Source: an uncultured Anaerolineae bacterium (GTDB lineage: Bacteria > Chloroflexota > Anaerolineae > SpSt-600). From it: a stretch of 63,650 bases of DNA. The notes below the pieces were generated by a model that saw only the letters and a list, made by a program, of their open reading frames with translations, searched no databases and was not told the DNA's origin. The position numbers and the translations under genes were made by a program. Location: assembly GCA_964655275.1 (NCBI GenBank), contig CAZZMI010000001.1, forward strand, positions 102,504 through 166,153, in the 5' to 3' direction. This document shows positions 28,696-37,063 of the stretch, in pieces. Position 1 is the first letter of the stretch. Every line of letters starts with the position of its first letter.

Positions 28696-29859
28696 TTACT
28701 GAGGCGGAGTTATGAGCGCAGGATCATCAAAATGGGCAAAATAGTGGAAAGCTCCGCCTTTAACAATCTGAGCGCCGACCGGCCTTACAGCCTCCCTGCC
28801 CGGGGTGTAGTAAAGAATAGGGCCGGTTACAGCCTTGTCAAAGTTCTTGAGCTCTTTGAGGGCCTTCACGATGCCTTCGGTGGTGGGGCCACCCTTCTCA
28901 ATAGCCCAGGCCAAGATCTGCACTGCGTCAAAGGCCGAGGCCCCTACCATATCAGCCGGTATGCCGTATTCTTTTTGGTATTCTGCCAAGAACTTTTGGA
29001 CTATTTCCCTGGGATCATCGCGGTTAAGGTCGGTTACGATTATCACGCCCTCAGCAGCATCACCAGCCAGCTCCAGGAACTTGGGGGAGTCATATCCCTC
29101 CTGGCCAACAATTTGAGCCTTAAGGCCTATTTCCTTGGCCTGGCGCACCAAGTTAGCGGCTTCACTGTAGTAAGCTGAAGCGAAGAGCACGTCGGGGTTG
29201 GCATCCTTAATCCTCTGCAGGATAGCCTTGAACTCAGTCTCACCCAGGGGATATTTCTCCTCAAAGACGATTTCTACATCCTTGCCCTGCAGGTAAGATT
29301 TGAACCCTTCGGTCAAAGCGCGGCCGAAATCGTTGTCTATGGTCAGGATAGCGATACGCTTGGCTCCCAGCTTATCCACCACAAGGGCACCACCCACTTT
29401 GCCTTCCACAGTCCCGAGGGTACCAACGCGGAAGATCTTATCACCAGTTTTGGTGATATCGGGGTGGATAGCGTAAGCGGAGAGCATGACTACACCAGCT
29501 TCCTGACACACGCTGGCTGCTGCTCTTGTGGCTCCGGAATAAGAACCGCTTATCACAGCAATAACTTTGTCCTGCTCTATAAGTTTCCGGACCACGCTAA
29601 CAGCTTGGTCGGGCTTGGCGGCATCATCGTAATGGATGAGTTCCAGCTTTTTGCCCCTTACCCCACCAGCCTCATTGATGAATTTAACAGCCAGCTGTGC
29701 AGCATGAAGAGCACTGGTTCCATCTGCGGCAGCTGGTCCAGTGGTGGGGGAGAAAAAGCCGATCTTGTAGACCTGAGGCTCTTTGGGGGCGCAGCTGCCC
29801 AGAAGGGCCAAAACTACGGTCACGGCAACTAATGTTACAAAAAGCCTTGTCCTAACCAT
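28696..29859 (-). CDS. Lipoprotein substrate-binding protein of the Liv-type ABC transporter (type 1 periplasmic binding fold)
   Basis: Lipobox LLGSC. YKIGFFSPTTGPAAADG and VIAVISGSYSGAT blocks typical of LivJ/K-like binding proteins. Confidence 0.85.
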   Translation of the reverse strand: MVRTRLFVTLVAVTVVLALLGSCAPKEPQVYKIGFFSPTTGPAAADGTSALHAAQLAVKFINEAGGVRGKKLELIHYDDAAKPDQAVSVVRKLIEQDKVIAVISGSYSGATRAAASVCQEAGVVMLSAYAIHPDITKTGDKIFRVGTLGTVEGKVGGALVVDKLGAKRIAILTIDNDFGRALTEGFKSYLQGKDVEIVFEEKYPLGETEFKAILQRIKDANPDVLFASAYYSEAANLVRQAKEIGLKAQIVGQEGYDSPKFLELAGDAAEGVIIVTDLNRDDPREIVQKFLAEYQKEYGIPADMVGASAFDAVQILAWAIEKGGPTTEGIVKALKELKNFDKAVTGPILYYTPGREAVRPVGAQIVKGGAFHYFAHFDDPALITPPQ

Positions 29860-29881
29860 TTTTAAGCCTCCGAATTAAATT

Positions 29882-30607
29882 TTAAGTGAAGGGAGCCAGC
29901 TCTGCCGTAAACCGGTAACGGTCCCCACGGTAAATCTGGTGAAACCAAACAGCAGGCTTAAGCCCCTTCGTGTAAGTAAGCCGGTCAACCAAGAAACCGG
30001 GAGTTCCGGGGGCTACCTCAAGAAGCGAAGCTATCTCACCTTCAATAGCAATGGCTTCAATGGTGTAAACGGCCTTGAGCAATGGTATGCGGTACTTATC
30101 AATTAGGAGCAGATGGATGGACGAATTCTCTAAATCTTCTTCCAGGAGTCCGGGGCAGAGTTCATAAGATAAGCGCCTGAACTCGTAGGCAATGGGGACA
30201 TCATCTATATAGCTGAGCCTTTCTATTTCAATAATGGGCGCACCGAGGGCAATCTCCAGACGAGAGGCACTTAATTCATCAGCAGGGCGTTTTTCAACCT
30301 TGAGGAGCCGGGTTCTGGTTTTATGCCCGGCCTTTCTGGCTTCTTCCCAGAAATCGCTAAGCCTGAAAGAAATTTCATCAAGACGGGGGAAAGCCACGAA
30401 GGTGCCTTTACCCTGCTCCCTGAAAAGGATCCCTTCTCTTACTAACAAACGTATAGCCCTTTCAACGGTCCCACGACTGACATTGAATTCCTGAGCCAGT
30501 TCTGTTTCAGAGGGTATGCGCTGGAAAGCAGAGTACTGACCAGAAGCAATTCGCCTGCGTATTTCCTCTTTTATCCGGTAGTATTTGGGAACGAAGCTCT
30601 CTTCCAT
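29882..30607 (-). CDS. GntR-family regulator, HutC subfamily (UTRA effector domain)
   Basis: wHTH RIPSETELAQEFNVSRGTVERAIRLLVREGILFREQGKGTFV plus a C-terminal UTRA-like domain. Start is uncertain: ATG 30607 or TTG 30640. Confidence 0.8.
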   Translation of the reverse strand: MEESFVPKYYRIKEEIRRRIASGQYSAFQRIPSETELAQEFNVSRGTVERAIRLLVREGILFREQGKGTFVAFPRLDEISFRLSDFWEEARKAGHKTRTRLLKVEKRPADELSASRLEIALGAPIIEIERLSYIDDVPIAYEFRRLSYELCPGLLEEDLENSSIHLLLIDKYRIPLLKAVYTIEAIAIEGEIASLLEVAPGTPGFLVDRLTYTKGLKPAVWFHQIYRGDRYRFTAELAPFT

Positions 30608-30691
30608 AGGGCCTGTCTGGTCATCTACTTGCCTAAGCAAGTATACAACATTTCCTGATTTTTGTCAAAACCGCGGCTTTAGCCGCCCGGC

Positions 30692-30720
30692 TTGACAATC
30701 AAGCCTTAACATCATATAAT
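30692..30720 (+). promoter_or_regulatory. Consensus sigma70 promoter of the tetR-led operon
   Basis: TTGACA (30692..30697), exactly 17 nt spacer, TATAAT (30715..30720). Confidence 0.7.
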
Positions 30721-30721
30721 C

Positions 30722-30739
30722 ATACCGACCGGTCGGTAT
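30722..30739 (+). promoter_or_regulatory. Perfect 18-bp palindrome, probable TetR operator
   Basis: ATACCGACCGGTCGGTAT lies immediately after the -10 hexamer, covers the expected transcription start, and is 19 nt before the tetR ATG. Confidence 0.6.
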
Positions 30740-30757
30740 ATAAAGGAGGTTTTCCCG

Positions 30758-31369
30758 ATGCGCAAGGCCGAGGAAACACGCGAGCGGATTCTAATTGCGG
30801 CGGAAGAATGCTTCGCCCAAAATGGATATGATGCTACCGGCGTAGCCGAAATTTGTAAACGAGCTGGGGTCAGCAAAGGAGCATTTTTCCACCATTTCCC
30901 CACCAAACAAGCGGTCTTTCTGGAATTACTGAACCGCTGGCTGGCAAGGCTGGAACAGCAATTGGAGGAAATGCTCCTTGGAGCCTCCAATGTCCCGGAA
31001 GCTCTGCTGAAAATGGTTGAAACAACCCGGCAGGTTTTTGAAGTAGCACGTGGAAAATTCCCTATATTTCTGGAATTCCTGAACCGAGCTATCCGTGATC
31101 CCAAAATCTGGCAAGCAACCATTACTCCTTACCGCCGTTACAGGGCTTTTTTTGCCAAAATAATAGAAGAAGGCATTGCCGAAGGAACCTTGCGCCCGGT
31201 AGACCCTGAAATGGCAGCCAATGCAATGCTTTCCCTGGCCATTGGCTTAGTCCTCCAGGCCACAATAGATCCCAATGGCGCCGATTGGAGCCAGGTTGTG
31301 CGCCATAGCGTCCGGGTGTTTCTGGAAGGTACGGTGGGAGACTATCAAAGTGGAAACCCTGGTCATTAA
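30758..31369 (+). CDS. TetR/AcrR-family transcriptional regulator
   Basis: N-terminal HTH RILIAAEECFAQNGYDATGVAEICKRAGVSKGAFFHHFPTKQAVF. AAGGAGG RBS. Confidence 0.9.
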   Translation: MRKAEETRERILIAAEECFAQNGYDATGVAEICKRAGVSKGAFFHHFPTKQAVFLELLNRWLARLEQQLEEMLLGASNVPEALLKMVETTRQVFEVARGKFPIFLEFLNRAIRDPKIWQATITPYRRYRAFFAKIIEEGIAEGTLRPVDPEMAANAMLSLAIGLVLQATIDPNGADWSQVVRHSVRVFLEGTVGDYQSGNPGH

Positions 31370-32099
31370 GTTGCCGAAGGTATCGGTTATCATACCCGCT
31401 TACAATGAAGAGCGGTTTATCGGGAGAACATTGCTTTCTATACTGGAGAGCGGGTTTCCCTGTGAGTTAATTGTAGTAGATGATGGCTCCACGGACCGAA
31501 CGCCTCAAATCCTGGAAAGTTTTGGATCGCGCATCCGGGTTATTCGCCATCCAATCAACAGAGGCAAAGGAGCCGCAATGGCTTCTGGCATTAGAGCAGC
31601 TACAGGGGAAATCGTGGTCTTCTGCGACGCTCACTTGCTGGGATTGAAGTCGTACCATTTGCTTTCCCTCGTCTTGCCCCTCGTTCAGGGCTCCGCCAAA
31701 GTTGTGCTGGGCACCGGAATTTCTGGCTCACCTGCTTTTCCCCACATTGTAATGCCTGTTCTAACCGGGCAGCGGGCATATTTCCGGCGCGACCTGGAAC
31801 CCCTTTTAAATGAAATGGAAGGCTTAGGCTATGGCGTAGAACTTTTCCTCTTCCACCGCTTCCCACAGGAACAAACGGCTATAGTAGTGCTTCCCGGCCT
31901 GGTTCATCTCCCAAAGCAATTAGTTTCTCCTCCCCGAGCAGTGGCAAAAGGATACTTACGGGAATCAGTGGAAATTTTCAAAACCCTGACCTATTTGGGG
32001 GGTATATCACCGGCCAGGCTCAGCCAATGGAAGCGCAGGTTTATTAAGAAGCGAGCATTCATCCAGGCCCCTCCTGAAAAGCAAGAGTTTAAGCAGTGA
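31350..32099 (+). CDS. Family 2 glycosyltransferase
   Basis: VSVIIPAYNEERFIGRTLLSILES, LIVVDDGSTDRT, VVFCDAH. Start is uncertain (GTG 31350 or TTG 31371) and overlaps or abuts the tetR stop. Confidence 0.8.
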   Translation: METLVIKLPKVSVIIPAYNEERFIGRTLLSILESGFPCELIVVDDGSTDRTPQILESFGSRIRVIRHPINRGKGAAMASGIRAATGEIVVFCDAHLLGLKSYHLLSLVLPLVQGSAKVVLGTGISGSPAFPHIVMPVLTGQRAYFRRDLEPLLNEMEGLGYGVELFLFHRFPQEQTAIVVLPGLVHLPKQLVSPPRAVAKGYLRESVEIFKTLTYLGGISPARLSQWKRRFIKKRAFIQAPPEKQEFKQ

Positions 32100-32122
32100 T
32101 TCTTTACCGGAGGTGGAGCTAT

Positions 32123-33097
32123 ATGAACATCCTGATAACCGGAGCTTTTGGTAATATAGGGCAAAGCACACTGGAAGAATTGCTTCGCCGTGGGCATAAG
32201 GTGCGCAGTTTCGATCTGCAGACAAAGAGGAATAAGCGTATAGCCCAGCGCTACGGCAATAGCATTGAAATAGTGTGGGGAGACCTGCGCAACTACGAAG
32301 AAGTTGTCCGTGCGGTGGAAGGACAGGAAGTGATAGTTCATCTGGCTTTCATTATCCCTAAGCTCTCGGCTGTAGGGATTGAATCTGAAGAACAGCCTGA
32401 CCTGGCCTATCAGGTGAACGTTGAAGGCACACGCAATTTGATAATGGCGATGAAAGCTCAGCCGCGGCCTCCGCGTTTAATTTTCCCCTCATCAGTCCAC
32501 GTTTACGGGCAAACGCAGGATCAACCCCCACCTCGCCGGGTTGATGACCCGGTGAACCCGGTAGAGCATTACTCTCGCCACAAAGTCCTCTGTGAGCAAA
32601 TGATTAAGGAATCGGGTCTTGAATGGGTTATTATGCGATTTGGGGCTGCTTTACCCATAGATATACGCCTTGACCCAGGGATGTTTGATGTCCCTCTGGA
32701 CAACCGCATAGAGTTCATCCATACCCGAGATGTGGGCATAGCGATTGCCAATGCAGTGAATCATCCGGAAGTCTGGGGAAAGGTCTTGCTTATCGGTGGA
32801 GGGCCACGCTGCCAGTTCTACTACAGGGAAATGGTAGCGCGGATTCTGGAAGCGATAGGCGTAGGGATGCTTCCAGAAGAAGCCTTCAGCACGGTCCCAT
32901 TCCCTGTGGATTGGCTTGATACAAGAGAAAGCCAGCAGCTCCTGCAATACCAGCAACGAACGCTGGATGACTATATATCGGATATGATAGCTGCTTTGGG
33001 GTTCCGGCGTTATTTGATCCGGGCTTTCCGCCCGCTGGTGCGCTGGTGGCTTCTCCGACAATCCCCTTACTGGAAACAGCGGAAGAAGGCTAAGTGA
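32123..33097 (+). CDS. NAD-dependent epimerase/dehydratase (extended SDR)
   Basis: Rossmann ILITGAFGNIGQS and catalytic YSRHK (YxxxK). I chose the ATG at 32123. Confidence 0.85.
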   Translation: MNILITGAFGNIGQSTLEELLRRGHKVRSFDLQTKRNKRIAQRYGNSIEIVWGDLRNYEEVVRAVEGQEVIVHLAFIIPKLSAVGIESEEQPDLAYQVNVEGTRNLIMAMKAQPRPPRLIFPSSVHVYGQTQDQPPPRRVDDPVNPVEHYSRHKVLCEQMIKESGLEWVIMRFGAALPIDIRLDPGMFDVPLDNRIEFIHTRDVGIAIANAVNHPEVWGKVLLIGGGPRCQFYYREMVARILEAIGVGMLPEEAFSTVPFPVDWLDTRESQQLLQYQQRTLDDYISDMIAALGFRRYLIRAFRPLVRWWLLRQSPYWKQRKKAK

Positions 33098-33119
33098 ATG
33101 AATCCAGAGCACCTGGCGA

Positions 33120-33148
33120 TTGCATTGCTCTGTTTGATTGGATATAAT
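33120..33148 (+). promoter_or_regulatory. Candidate internal sigma70 promoter
   Basis: TTGCAT (33120..33125), 17 nt spacer, TATAAT (33143..33148), 46 nt before the ATG at 33195. Confidence 0.5.
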
Positions 33149-33194
33149 GTAGCATACGTTGACCCGACGAATTTCCTGAGGCCTGGAGGATTAA

Positions 33195-34334
33195 ATGGAT
33201 GAAATTGAAATTAAGCCAGTGAAAACGCCAAAAGAACTTGAGCAATTTATCCTCTTCCCCTGGAAGATTTACGCCAACGATCCATACTGGGTTCCCCCGT
33301 TGATAAGCGAACGCAAGATTTTCTTTGACCCCAGCCGCAACCCCTTTTTCAAACATGCCGAAGTTCAGCTTTTCCTGGCCCTTAAAAAAGGAGAGGTGGC
33401 CGGCACGATCTCTGCCCACATAAATTACATACATAACGAATTTCATCAGGAGAAAGCTGGTTTCTTTGGATTCTTTGAGTGCATTGAAGATTTCGCTGTA
33501 GCTCACAAGCTTCTGGAAACTGCCTGCCAGTGGGTAGCTGAAAGGGGGATGGAAATAATTAGAGGACCGATGAATTTCTCCACCAACGAGGAATGCGGCC
33601 TTTTAGTGGAAGGCTTTGACTCTCGCCCCGTGGTTATGATGACTTACAACCCCCGTTATTACGTGGACTTTATAGAAAAAGCGGGCTTTTACAAAGCTAT
33701 GGACCTCTACGCTTACATTATCCAGGCTGAAGACCTAAAAAACAATGCCGAAAATCTCCCCCCAAAAGTCTTCAAAGCAGCCGGAGCTGCCCTCAGTCAC
33801 CCAAGGATTAGAATAAGGAAGCTTAACTTTAAGGATTTTGACCAGGAAGTGGAAAAGGGCTGGAAGGTTTATAACTCTGCCTGGAGCAAAAACTGGGGTT
33901 TTGTGCCCCTTACAGAAGAAGAATTCAAGCACATGGCTTATGGCCTCAAACCATTCTTAGACCCCGATCTGGTCCTTGTGGCTGAAGTTGACGGAGAGGC
34001 AGTAGGGCTATCGGTTACCCTGCCAGACCTCAACATCCCATTACACAAAATTAACGGCAGGCTATTCCCCCTGGGATGGGTGAAGTTTCTCTGGTATAGA
34101 AGGAAAATAGACACCGCCCGGTTTTTCATGATGGGGGTAATAGAAGAGTACCGCAACCTGGGAATAGACGCTGTATTTTACCTGGAGACGGCAAAAGCTC
34201 TTTTGAAAAAGGGCTATACTCGCTGCGAGATGTCCTGGATCCTTGAAAACAACACTATGATGAACAGGATAATCCAGCGCCTGGGCGGGCGCATTTACAA
34301 AGTTTACCGGATTTATGAGAAAAAGCTGGCTTAG
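33195..34334 (+). CDS. Uncharacterised GNAT-like acyltransferase-family protein (379 aa)
   Basis: IKPVKTPKELEQFILFPWKIYANDPYWVPPL and a C-terminal block MMGVIEEYRNLGIDAVFY recall a widespread family annotated as N-acetyltransferase. This is recall only. Confidence 0.5.
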   Translation: MDEIEIKPVKTPKELEQFILFPWKIYANDPYWVPPLISERKIFFDPSRNPFFKHAEVQLFLALKKGEVAGTISAHINYIHNEFHQEKAGFFGFFECIEDFAVAHKLLETACQWVAERGMEIIRGPMNFSTNEECGLLVEGFDSRPVVMMTYNPRYYVDFIEKAGFYKAMDLYAYIIQAEDLKNNAENLPPKVFKAAGAALSHPRIRIRKLNFKDFDQEVEKGWKVYNSAWSKNWGFVPLTEEEFKHMAYGLKPFLDPDLVLVAEVDGEAVGLSVTLPDLNIPLHKINGRLFPLGWVKFLWYRRKIDTARFFMMGVIEEYRNLGIDAVFYLETAKALLKKGYTRCEMSWILENNTMMNRIIQRLGGRIYKVYRIYEKKLA

Positions 34335-36861
34335 AGTCTTTGCCCCCCTGGTTTTCTATACTCTGCTCGCCTTTATCTTGACCTGGCCTTTGCCACTTCA
34401 TTTTACCACCCATGTTCCCGGCGATGGTGGAGATGACCCAGCTCTTACCTGGAACCTTTGGTGGATCAAGCATGCTCTTCTGGACCTCCGCTCCTCACCC
34501 TTTCACTGCCAGCATATGTTTTACCCCATCGGGGTAAATTTGAGCTTTTACACCCTCACAGTCCTCAATGGTGTGCTCTCCATCCCCCTGCAACTCGTTT
34601 TTGGCCTTATTCCCGCTGCCAATATAATCCTTGTATCATCTTTCGTGCTTTCAGCTTTTGGGGCTTACCTCCTGGCTAAAAGCTTAAAGTTTACACGCTC
34701 GGTACTGCCCCCTTTCTTGGCCGGCTTGATTTATGGTTACGCTTCCTGTAAACTTTTCTACGCCGCCCTCGGCCAATTCAACATTGCCAGTTCGCAATGG
34801 ATGCCTTTTTTCATATTAGCTCTTCTAAAGCTCGGGAAAAAGAAAGAGGTTAAGTGGGCAATCCTCGGAGCTTTGTTCCTAATTTTTCAGGCCTGGGCAG
34901 AGATGACTTTCGCTTCTTTCCTCCTTCTATTTACTGCCTTTTACCTGGGTTGGGCCCTCTCATTTCGCCGCTGTTCTGCTCACCCCCTCATAGGCCAGAC
35001 AGTTCTTCTGCTTTTCCTCTTTGCTCTGGGAATCTCTCCCCTTATGGCAGCCATGGTGCCAGACCTCGTGGCCGAAGGAGATTTTTTCCTGCGTGGCACA
35101 GGCTTCGCTGAAGTCTTCTCCGCCGACCCTGCCGGATTTGTAATTCCTACGAAACTCCATCCCTTTCTGGGGAAAATAGTGGACCGTTTCCATTTCCCCC
35201 ATGATAAAGGACAACACCTTTATCCGGGCTTTGCAGTAATTGGGCTAACAATAGCCGCTTTAAGAAAAAAAGAGGCACGTTTCTGGGTTTTGGGCGCCAT
35301 TCTCTTCACCTTGCTTTCCCTTGGGCCTACTCTACACTTTAACGGTAGAGATCTCGGGATACCAATGCCCTTTGCCCTTCTGCAGGAAATACCCTTGTTT
35401 AAGGGCAATCGCTACCCGGGCCGTTACAATACACTGGTGATGCTTTGCCTGGCTTTGACTGCTTCCATGGGGGCAGATCTGCTCCTTACCAGAGCGAGCA
35501 AACCGTGGAAATACCTTTTCACCACCTTAATTTCCCTCATCACTCTATTTGAACACCTCTCAATACCTCTGCCCTTATCAGACATGCGCATTCCCGAGGT
35601 CTATAAGACGATTGCATCTGATCCGGAACCGGGGACAGTACTGGAAATACCCCTGGCCTGGCGAAATAGCTTCCGTATAACGGGGACTATGCATCCAATA
35701 ATTATGTTTTCTCAGTATTACCAGACCCTGCACCATAGGCCCATCTTAGGGGGAAATACCTCCCGCAACCCTGAATTCAAATTTCAGTATTTCACCGAAG
35801 CCCCCATAATAAATACCATCGTAGCCCTGGAGAACGGCCACACTATATGGAGAGAGATACTGGAAGAAGATAAAAAGCTTGCCCCATACTTTTTGCAATT
35901 TTTCAACATACGTTACATAGTGATACATCCGCACCATGTCCCGAAAGCTTTGCTGGATTACCTGGCCTACATATTTGGGCTGGAAATTCCCCCCACACCC
36001 CCGGATGGTCCTCTGGTCTTCAAAGTTGAGAGATTCCCTCTTCCAACCCAGATTTCCCTCAACATGGCAGAACCAGTTGCCAATTTCAATCGGGGGGAAG
36101 GATGGGCCCCGATTCCTGCTGGAAATTATGTATGGGTTCAAAGGCGAAAAGCCCGCTTTTTCCTTCCCCTTGAGTCTGGAGCTTATAAGGTGAAAATTCG
36201 TGTTTTCTCTCCCGGCGATAACCAGGTGATGAGCCTGGAAATAGGAAAGCGCAGGGTGGCTACTTTCACCCTGAAAGCTGGATGGCAGGAATGCGAAGCA
36301 TATATCCCCCAAGGCATTTTGAAGGATGGATTGAATGAATTAATTCTGCGGTTTTCCAGACTTTTCCCATCCCCTGAAGGAATCCTGGTCCGAAGCGCCG
36401 GGATGAATGTAGGGGATTTTATCCACATTTATGTAAAGGGCAGGGATGTAGCGCTTGACAGGCGAGGTTACACTGTGGCCTTAATTGCGCCGGAAGGGGA
36501 AGTGAAAGAAGTAGTTTCCTTTGACACTTTCGCCTCTGAGAGAGAATCGGAAAAAATGGCAAATTTTCTGGCCTCAGTACCCGAGGGGTATATAGTGGCT
36601 ATAGGGGTTAAGGATGAGGCTTCGCTCAAGTTAGAGGGCAAAGCTGTTGAAGCTCTCCGAGCCCTGGGGTCCAAAATTGACCTCAGGGGATGCTTCCGGT
36701 GCTCCCATGCCTTCCTGGGGATTAAGGGTGAAGGGACCGTCATAGAGGCTTATCACCCCTTTAGGGTTGTATCGGTCTATATTGGAGAACCAGTGAGCGA
36801 GCCTACAGTGGCTGTGGCCATCGCTTCTATAGAGCTAACCCCAGCCCAACATGACGGTTGA
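34315..36861 (+). CDS. Polytopic membrane protein (probable GT-C-fold glycosyltransferase) with extracytoplasmic beta-sandwich and C-terminal ILEI/FAM3-like (GG-type lectin) domain
   Basis: At least 10 hydrophobic helices. First-loop acidic motif HVPGDGGDDPALTWNLWW. The C-terminal 36376..36760 matches the ILEI pattern (see findings). Confidence 0.7.
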   Translation: MRKSWLRVFAPLVFYTLLAFILTWPLPLHFTTHVPGDGGDDPALTWNLWWIKHALLDLRSSPFHCQHMFYPIGVNLSFYTLTVLNGVLSIPLQLVFGLIPAANIILVSSFVLSAFGAYLLAKSLKFTRSVLPPFLAGLIYGYASCKLFYAALGQFNIASSQWMPFFILALLKLGKKKEVKWAILGALFLIFQAWAEMTFASFLLLFTAFYLGWALSFRRCSAHPLIGQTVLLLFLFALGISPLMAAMVPDLVAEGDFFLRGTGFAEVFSADPAGFVIPTKLHPFLGKIVDRFHFPHDKGQHLYPGFAVIGLTIAALRKKEARFWVLGAILFTLLSLGPTLHFNGRDLGIPMPFALLQEIPLFKGNRYPGRYNTLVMLCLALTASMGADLLLTRASKPWKYLFTTLISLITLFEHLSIPLPLSDMRIPEVYKTIASDPEPGTVLEIPLAWRNSFRITGTMHPIIMFSQYYQTLHHRPILGGNTSRNPEFKFQYFTEAPIINTIVALENGHTIWREILEEDKKLAPYFLQFFNIRYIVIHPHHVPKALLDYLAYIFGLEIPPTPPDGPLVFKVERFPLPTQISLNMAEPVANFNRGEGWAPIPAGNYVWVQRRKARFFLPLESGAYKVKIRVFSPGDNQVMSLEIGKRRVATFTLKAGWQECEAYIPQGILKDGLNELILRFSRLFPSPEGILVRSAGMNVGDFIHIYVKGRDVALDRRGYTVALIAPEGEVKEVVSFDTFASERESEKMANFLASVPEGYIVAIGVKDEASLKLEGKAVEALRALGSKIDLRGCFRCSHAFLGIKGEGTVIEAYHPFRVVSVYIGEPVSEPTVAVAIASIELTPAQHDG

Positions 36862-36889
36862 GGTTGGGGAAAAGCTTTGACGGTTCTGC

Positions 36890-36918
36890 TTGTAAGGTTC
36901 ACGTTTTAGTGCTATAAT
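36890..36918 (+). promoter_or_regulatory. Candidate promoter for tRNA-Gln
   Basis: TTGTAA (36890..36895), 17 nt spacer, TATAAT (36913..36918), 11 nt before the tRNA 5' end. Confidence 0.5.
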
Positions 36919-36929
36919 TAAAACTGTGC

Positions 36930-37001
36930 TCGGGGGTCGTCTAATGGGCAGGACGAGGGACTTTGGATCCCTTGGTCCAGGTTCGAATCCTGGCCCCCGA
37001 A
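36930..37001 (+). tRNA. tRNA-Gln (anticodon TTG)
   Basis: Acceptor TCGGGGG/CCCCCGA with the U1-A72 pair typical of bacterial tRNA-Gln. Anticodon arm AGGGA-CTTTGGA-TCCCT. T arm CCAGG-TTCGAAT-CCTGG. Confidence 0.9.
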
Positions 37002-37063
37002 CTTATTGGGGCTGACGGCTCTGAAGAGCCGCCGGCTCTCTTACTTTATGGAGCAGGCAAATT

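Noticed and set aside
33090-33506. 138-aa ORF on the minus strand
   Set aside because: Entirely antisense to the well-supported GNAT-like gene and the epimerase 3' end, with no RBS.
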